Positions 58,960 through 64,000 of a stretch of DNA of 64,000 nucleotides are shown piece after piece. Source of the stretch: Pseudomonadota bacterium (GTDB lineage Bacteria; Pseudomonadota; Gammaproteobacteria; Burkholderiales; JABEVD01); contig JAKBJU010000002.1 in NCBI GenBank assembly GCA_021835845.1, positions 118,130 to 182,129 on the forward strand, written 5' to 3'. The notes under the pieces were generated by a model. That model ran no database searches. It saw only the letters and a list, made by a program, of their open reading frames with translations, and was not told where the DNA came from. Numbering within the stretch: position 1 is the stretch's first letter; each line of letters opens with the position of its first letter. The translations under genes and the position numbers were made by a program.

Positions 58960-59721
58960 ATGGCGACCATTGCGGTATTCAATCAGAAGGGAGGGGTTGG
59001 CAAGACCACAACCACCTTGAACATTGCGTCAGCGCTCGCAATGCTGGAAAGGAACCCGCTTGCCATCGACCTCGATCCCCAGGCGCACTTGACGCATTCT
59101 CTCGGCGTCAACCAGGAGATATCAAACGGAATATCCTCCTTCTTCAGGAACGAGCGCTCCCTGCTCGATCTGATCCAGTATCGTTCTTCGGGCCTTCGGC
59201 TCATTCCGGCCCATTCTGACCTTTCCAAAATCGATGCGCTGTTCGGAAAAAGCGGAAATGTGGCTTCGCGCTTGAGGGATGGCTTGGGGGAGCAGCTTGC
59301 CGGGGACAATTCTCCGATCGTCATCGATTGCTGTCCCATGCTGGGCATCTTGTCGCTCAACGCCATCATTTCCGCCGACAGGGTACTGATCCCGGTTTCC
59401 GCCGATTTCCTTTCCATGCACGGGGTGCAGAAAGTCGTTTCCCTTCTCGACGTCCTGCAGGCAAAGTACGCACGAAAATTCGATTTCAGGATATTGCTGA
59501 CGCGGTTCAACGCAAGACGCAAGCTGTCCTTCTCGATTTACGACAAGCTCAAGGAGCGCTTCGGCGACAAGGTGTGCGATACCCGCATCATGGAAAACGT
59601 CAGCCTGGCCGAGAGCCCGGCCTACGGCAAGGATGTGTTCAGCTATGCGCCGAACAGCCAGGGGGCGAAAGATTATTTCGCGCTGACGCATGAGCTGGTC
59701 GAAACCGGCTTCTTTTATTGA
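58960..59721 (+). CDS. Orphan ParA/MinD-family P-loop ATPase
   Basis: I place the start at the ATG at 58960 (MATIAVFNQKGGVGKTTTT...), which gives the canonical ParA N-terminus and a deviant Walker A with the signature Lys. The upstream part of the track ORF overlaps the GT4 gene. No ParB-like gene is adjacent. Confidence 0.8.
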   Translation: MATIAVFNQKGGVGKTTTTLNIASALAMLERNPLAIDLDPQAHLTHSLGVNQEISNGISSFFRNERSLLDLIQYRSSGLRLIPAHSDLSKIDALFGKSGNVASRLRDGLGEQLAGDNSPIVIDCCPMLGILSLNAIISADRVLIPVSADFLSMHGVQKVVSLLDVLQAKYARKFDFRILLTRFNARRKLSFSIYDKLKERFGDKVCDTRIMENVSLAESPAYGKDVFSYAPNSQGAKDYFALTHELVETGFFY

Positions 59722-60488
59722 TCCGGCCTTCTCGGCTTGTGGGGTGCCCTGGAAAACAGAAAGGCATGAAGCCGCTTGGGGAGGATGCCCAGGAGTTTGC
59801 CGATCAGCATCATTTGCCAGGGAAATGCATAGAAAATCCGGTTTCTGGCGATGGCGCTTTCGATCATCCTCGCAGCAAGGTCGGCCCTGACCAGAAACGG
59901 CATGGGGTAGGGATTCGAATACGTCATCGGCGTTTCGACATAGCCTGGACAGATGGTGATCACCCTGATGCCCGTCCCGAACAATTCACACCGCAGGGCC
60001 TCAAGGTAATTTATAACGGCAGCCTTAGATGAAGAGTAAGCACTGGCACCTGGCAGCCCCCTGAAACCCGCAATGCTGGCAATCCCGACCAGCTTTCCGT
60101 GGCCCCGACTTTTCATTTCTCCCAGATAGGGCTGGAATGTTTTGGCCATTCCGACAACGTTGGTGTCGAAAATAGCCTGGAACACCTCGATGTCTGCGGC
60201 ATGTTCTGTGAGCGTGCCGCAGCTGATTCCGGCATTGGCGACGACGATGTCGGGACAGCCGAAGCGGGACATGAAATCTGCGGCGGCAAGCTGCAAGGCA
60301 TGAAGATCCCGGACATCTGCGCTGTAAACTCTCACGGAATCGGGCCAGTTCTGCTCGAAGAAGCGCAGCTTTTCTGTTTGCCTCGAAATGACGCCGACGA
60401 CGGCACCCTGATCAAGATAGCGTTTGGCGAGCTGAAAGCCGATTCCGCTCGAAGCGCCGCTGACGATGATGCGAAGGGGGTTTTTCAC
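59715..60488 (-). CDS. Short-chain dehydrogenase/reductase (SDR) family oxidoreductase
   Basis: The 257-aa ORF has a GTG start. Its cofactor motif is SGASSGIG and its catalytic motif is YSSSK. It overlaps the convergent ParA-like gene by 7 nt. Confidence 0.85.
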   Translation of the reverse strand: MKNPLRIIVSGASSGIGFQLAKRYLDQGAVVGVISRQTEKLRFFEQNWPDSVRVYSADVRDLHALQLAAADFMSRFGCPDIVVANAGISCGTLTEHAADIEVFQAIFDTNVVGMAKTFQPYLGEMKSRGHGKLVGIASIAGFRGLPGASAYSSSKAAVINYLEALRCELFGTGIRVITICPGYVETPMTYSNPYPMPFLVRADLAARMIESAIARNRIFYAFPWQMMLIGKLLGILPKRLHAFLFSRAPHKPRRPDQ

Positions 60489-61087
60489 GGCGCGATCATG
60501 CGGCGCTGCTTGGCCATGTCGACGAGCTGGTCGAGCAGCTCGCTCCTGGCAAGATCCCCCATGACGAGATATTTCCCGTCAACGACCAGGGAAGGGACCC
60601 CGGCGATGCCAAGGCGCATCGCCAGGTTGGCCGAGTCGGCGATCTTCATTTGCACTGCTTTCGAAGCGTATATCGGCTCGAATTTTTTCAGATCGACCCC
60701 GTGTCTGCCGATCCAGGCGAAAAGAACATGCTCTTCATTCAGGTCGACCCCGCTGCGGATCGCTGAGAATATCCGGCCGCGCAGCCTGTTTTCCTGGCCC
60801 AATGCCCGAAGCGCATAGTAGGTTCTGGCAAGAGGCAACCATGAAGTTCTGAAAGCCGGAACGCGCACGATTTCGACGTCGTTGCGATCATTGAGCCATT
60901 CCTGAAGGAAGGGCTCTAGGTCCGAGCATTCGGGGCAGCCGTAATAGAAAAACTCCAACAGCTCTATTTTCTTCGTTGCGGGCTGCAGCGGCGGGTCAAT
61001 CGGCAGGTAATCCCTGCCGACCTCAGGTTGAGCGAAGGCCAATACGGAGAAAAACAACAGCAGCCAGCCGGCTGCGGATTTTCCCAT
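60485..61087 (-). CDS. DsbA-family thiol:disulfide oxidoreductase paralogue with a CPEC active site
   Basis: The product has a signal peptide and a thioredoxin fold. The active-site context is FFYYGCPECSDL. The ATG at 61087 overlaps the stop of the upstream dsbA (TGATG). Confidence 0.8.
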   Translation of the reverse strand: MGKSAAGWLLLFFSVLAFAQPEVGRDYLPIDPPLQPATKKIELLEFFYYGCPECSDLEPFLQEWLNDRNDVEIVRVPAFRTSWLPLARTYYALRALGQENRLRGRIFSAIRSGVDLNEEHVLFAWIGRHGVDLKKFEPIYASKAVQMKIADSANLAMRLGIAGVPSLVVDGKYLVMGDLARSELLDQLVDMAKQRRMIAP

Positions 61088-61707
61088 CAATGCCTGGCTC
61101 TGTCGGCTCTCGCCATCTGGATGAGCTTGTCGAGCTCGGTGATCGTTCCCGGAAGGGAGTTCATGAGCTCAGGCGAGGTGAGGTATTTCCCGTCAACCAC
61201 GATGGAAGGCGTTCCCATGATCCCGTAGCTTCTCGTCATCTGCTTCGATTTGTTAACGTTCGTCTGGGCAGTGAAGGAGTCATAGGCACTGGCGAGCTTG
61301 GCGCGATCGATGCCCTGTTTTGCGGCCCAGTCGAGCAGGGTGGCCTTGTCGCCCAGGTCGATGTTGCGATTCTGGACCGCATCGTAAACGGCGCCGTGCA
61401 GCCTGGGTTCGAGCCCCATGATGTCGAGGGCATAGTAGGTCCTGGCAAGACGCATCCAGTCGGCATTGAAGATGGTGGGGACATAACGGAACTCAACGTC
61501 CTTGGGGAGTTTTTTCAGCCATGGATCAAGATAGCGCTGCAGGTGGTAGCAATGGGGGCAGCCGTAATAGAAGAATTCGAGAACCTCGATCTTCTTTCCG
61601 CTTTCCGTGGGCTGAGGGGGATTGACCAGGGAATAGCCCTGACCGGCATGCGCGAAGGAGTAGCAGAGAAGAAATACCGAAAACAACAATCCTTTAAAAA
61701 CTTTCAT
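61087..61707 (-). CDS. dsbA: Thiol:disulfide interchange protein DsbA (CPHC)
   Basis: The 206-aa ORF has the signal peptide MKVFKGLLFSVFLLCYSFAHA. It has the canonical active-site context FFYYGCPHCYHL. Confidence 0.88.
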   Translation of the reverse strand: MKVFKGLLFSVFLLCYSFAHAGQGYSLVNPPQPTESGKKIEVLEFFYYGCPHCYHLQRYLDPWLKKLPKDVEFRYVPTIFNADWMRLARTYYALDIMGLEPRLHGAVYDAVQNRNIDLGDKATLLDWAAKQGIDRAKLASAYDSFTAQTNVNKSKQMTRSYGIMGTPSIVVDGKYLTSPELMNSLPGTITELDKLIQMARADRARH

Positions 61708-61724
61708 AATGCCCCTCCGGTTGA

Positions 61725-62291
61725 TTATTGGCCCGTTTCCTTGATCTTGACGGTAGTCGAGGCGATGCCGTTCTGCTGCAATTCGTCCCTGACTTTCCCG
61801 AGATCGCCCTCGCTCTGGTAAGGGCCGATGCGCACCCTGTACTTCGACTCGCCCCCGGCTCCCGTCTGGATTTCAGACTCCAGCCCGATCATGGCGAGCT
61901 TGGCCTTCATGTTGTCGGCATCTTCCTTCTTCTGGAAGGACCCGGCCTGCAGATAATAGCTTTCCGTCGTGGGTGCCGAAGGGGCGGCGGGAGCGGGCTC
62001 GGATGCGGCGCGCTGTGCGGGGTTTTCCTGCCCGGGAAGAATCTTGTAGAAATCGAATCTGGGTTTCTTATCGTCAGGCGGAGTTGTCGCAGCCTGGGGT
62101 GCCGGTGGGGCAGCCGGCTGCTTTTCGTCGGGCTGCTCGTGGCTGACGAAAGGGCTGGGCATCTTGTTGATGTACCAGGCGATGCCGAGCGCGACTGCAA
62201 GACCCAGGATAAATCCGATCAAAATGCCTGCGAACGTCGATCCGCCGCGTTTCGGTCCGGAATTCGATTTTGGTTTGTAGTCTCTGCTCAT
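61725..62291 (-). CDS. SPOR-domain protein (septal peptidoglycan-binding, FtsN-like architecture)
   Basis: The 188-aa ORF has a short cytoplasmic N-terminus, one TM segment and a Pro/Ala-rich linker. Its C-terminal SPOR motif is YYLQAGSFQKKEDADNMKAKLAMIG...YRVRIGPY. Confidence 0.8.
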   Translation of the reverse strand: MSRDYKPKSNSGPKRGGSTFAGILIGFILGLAVALGIAWYINKMPSPFVSHEQPDEKQPAAPPAPQAATTPPDDKKPRFDFYKILPGQENPAQRAASEPAPAAPSAPTTESYYLQAGSFQKKEDADNMKAKLAMIGLESEIQTGAGGESKYRVRIGPYQSEGDLGKVRDELQQNGIASTTVKIKETGQ

Positions 62292-62304
62292 AAGGGATCT
62301 CTAG

Positions 62305-64000
62305 TCACATTTTTTCGGGGGCGCTGACGCCGAGGAGGCCGAGGCCGTTCCTGATAACCTGTTTCACCGATGCGATAAGACAAAGGCGCGCAAGCTTGAT
62401 CGGCTCTTCCGGTACCAGGAAATGAGAGGCATTGTAGTAGCTATGAAATTCCGATGCCAGTTCCTTGAGATAGAAGGCGATCAGATGGGGGGACAGCTCC
62501 CTGGCGGCGTTCTCGATCAGGTCGGGGTAGTCGATCAGGCGCTGCAGCAACTCCAGCTCGTGCTGGTCGGAAAGGTGGGCGGCATCCGCTTCGAGCAGGC
62601 TTTCCGGATTGCCGCCCCATTGTTCCAGCACGCTGGCAATCCGCGCATGGGCATACTGAACGTAATACACGGGATTCTCGTTGCTTTGCGATTTCGCGAG
62701 GTCGAGATCGAAATCCAGGTGCTGGTCGCATTTGCGCAACACGTAGAAGAAGCGAGCGGCATCGTTGCCGACTTCCCGCCTCAGTTCCCGCAGCGTGACG
62801 AACTCGCCGCTTCGGGTGGACATGGAGGCTTTCTTTCCGTCCCGGTAAAGCACGGCGAACTGGACGAGCGCGACTTGCAGCTTTTCTGCGGGCGCGCCTG
62901 CCGCCTGAAGCGCTCCCTTCACCCGAGGGATGTAGCCATGATGGTCGGCTCCCCAAATGTCGATGATTCGATCGAAGCCGCGTTCGATCTTGTTGAGGTG
63001 ATAGGCGATATCCGAGGCAAAATAGGTGTAAAGGCCGTTTTCACGCTGGACTACCCTGTCCTTCTCATCACCGAAGCGGGTAGAGCGGAACCATTTTGCG
63101 CCGTCCTGGAGATAGATGTTGTCGCTCTTTTCGAGCTTTTCTATGGCGCGTTCCACCATCCCGCTGTCGAAAAGCGATTGCTCGGAGAACCAGGAATCGA
63201 AAACCACGCCGAATTCCAGGAGATCGTTGCGGCAATCCCCCAGCTGCTCGTTCAGAACGAAATCGTGAATGTACTGATAGTCCTGGCCCAGCAGTTTTTT
63301 TGCATTCATGATCAGGCTGTCAAGATAGGCATCCTCATTCGCTCCCTCCGACACGGGGATGTCGTAAAGGACCGCGCCTATCGGGTGCTTGTAGCGCTCT
63401 CCGTGCGCGTCCAGGACAAGGCGCGCCATGTCGCGGACATAGCTGCCCTGATAGGCGTTGGGCGGGAACAGGATGTCGATACCGACGAGTTCGAGATAGC
63501 GCAGCCAGGTCGAGAGCGTCAGGATGTCCATCTGCCTGCCGGCATCGTTGACATAGTACTCCCGTGTAACCTCGAATCCGGCCGCATCCAGCAGGTTCGC
63601 CAGGCTGGCCCCGAATGCGGCGCCGCGCCCATGGCCGACATGCAGGGGGCCGGTGGGGTTGGCCGAGACGAATTCGACCTGGACCTTCTGCCTCGATCCG
63701 AGAGTGCATTTCCCGAAATTTTCCCCGCTTTGCAGAATATGCTTCAGGATGCGCTGCTTGGACGAATTTTTCAGGAAAATGTTGATGAATCCCGCTCCGG
63801 CGATTTCCACCTTGTCGATATGCTCCGATTCGGGAAGCCCTTCCAGAATGCTTGAAGCGACCTGCCTCGGGTTTTGCTTGAGCGATTTGGCCAGCTGCAT
63901 GGCGATATTGCAGGAATAGTCGCCGTGGGCGGAAAGTTTCGGCCGTTCGAGACGAACTTCCGGGGTGTCTGGAGAAATTCGGGCTGCCGCCTGGGAAAAA
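62305..64000 (-). CDS. argS: Arginyl-tRNA synthetase; the N-terminus lies beyond the right edge
   Basis: The track ORF starts at an internal Met (63900). The reading frame stays open to the window edge, where I translate ...FSQAAARISPDTPEVRLERPKLSAHGDYSCNIAMQLAKSL, a typical ArgRS N-terminal domain. The class I HIGH-type motif is present (NPTGPLHVGHGR). The C-terminus is GVSAPEKM. Confidence 0.93.
   Translation of the reverse strand, partial: FSQAAARISPDTPEVRLERPKLSAHGDYSCNIAMQLAKSLKQNPRQVASSILEGLPESEHIDKVEIAGAGFINIFLKNSSKQRILKHILQSGENFGKCTLGSRQKVQVEFVSANPTGPLHVGHGRGAAFGASLANLLDAAGFEVTREYYVNDAGRQMDILTLSTWLRYLELVGIDILFPPNAYQGSYVRDMARLVLDAHGERYKHPIGAVLYDIPVSEGANEDAYLDSLIMNAKKLLGQDYQYIHDFVLNEQLGDCRNDLLEFGVVFDSWFSEQSLFDSGMVERAIEKLEKSDNIYLQDGAKWFRSTRFGDEKDRVVQRENGLYTYFASDIAYHLNKIERGFDRIIDIWGADHHGYIPRVKGALQAAGAPAEKLQVALVQFAVLYRDGKKASMSTRSGEFVTLRELRREVGNDAARFFYVLRKCDQHLDFDLDLAKSQSNENPVYYVQYAHARIASVLEQWGGNPESLLEADAAHLSDQHELELLQRLIDYPDLIENAARELSPHLIAFYLKELASEFHSYYNASHFLVPEEPIKLARLCLIASVKQVIRNGLGLLGVSAPEKM

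Noticed and set aside
58960-59721. The orphan ParA-like ATPase could be McdA, the carboxysome-positioning ATPase, given the RuBisCO genes in the window.
   Set aside because: No carboxysome shell genes or McdB-like partner are present. The RuBisCO cluster is of the non-carboxysomal cbbLSQO type and lies 50 kb away. The local context is glmUS and a GT4 gene instead.

Overview
This 64 kb window comes from a high-GC chromosome that looks like a betaproteobacterial chemolithoautotroph, and it spans the replication-origin neighbourhood. The ORF track accepts ATG, GTG and TTG starts and takes the longest ORF, so I re-derived several starts. The layout from left to right is as follows. (1) 1-16.4 kb, almost all on the minus strand, is a carbon-fixation supercluster. 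It holds form II RuBisCO cbbM with a cbbQ paralogue that runs off the left edge, a divergent cbbR, form IA cbbL-cbbS-cbbQ-cbbO followed by a 100-aa ORF, a second divergent cbbR, and then fba-pyk-pgk-gap-tkt. (2) 16.7-25.5 kb holds ntrX-ntrY-DUF4390-rsmB-fmt-def on the minus strand, divergent from a LysM protein gene and dprA. (3) 25.6-33.7 kb holds topA, yaeQ, a TDT-family transporter, a LysR regulator with a divergent YeiH-type membrane protein, and a fused SbmA/BacA-type ABC transporter. (4) 33.7-34.7 kb is a small lower-GC insert with one orphan 171-aa ORF. (5) 34.7-47.6 kb is the origin core: gyrB-dnaN-dnaA on the minus strand, a perfect DnaA box, then rpmH (44 aa, missing from the track), rnpA, yidD, yidC, mnmE, mnmG, rsmG, parA and parB on the plus strand, with two parS sites. 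(6) 47.6-57.7 kb holds the complete atpIBEFHAGDC operon followed by glmU-glmS. (7) 57.8-64 kb holds a GT4 glycosyltransferase, an orphan ParA/MinD-like ATPase, an SDR, two tandem DsbA paralogues, a SPOR protein and argS, which runs off the right edge. I found no tRNA, rRNA, CRISPR array, IS element, integrase or recognisable defence island. I do not see a convincing novel multi-gene system here, because the window is overwhelmingly core and housekeeping. The items most worth follow-up are small: the RuBisCO-activase-linked 100-aa ORF, the lower-GC orphan ORF beside gyrB, the GT4 plus orphan ParA-like pair downstream of glmUS, an NtrX with a visibly dead AAA+ core, the DUF4390 gene coupled to ntrY, a set of intercistronic hairpins in the cbb operons, and the DsbA CPHC/CPEC tandem.
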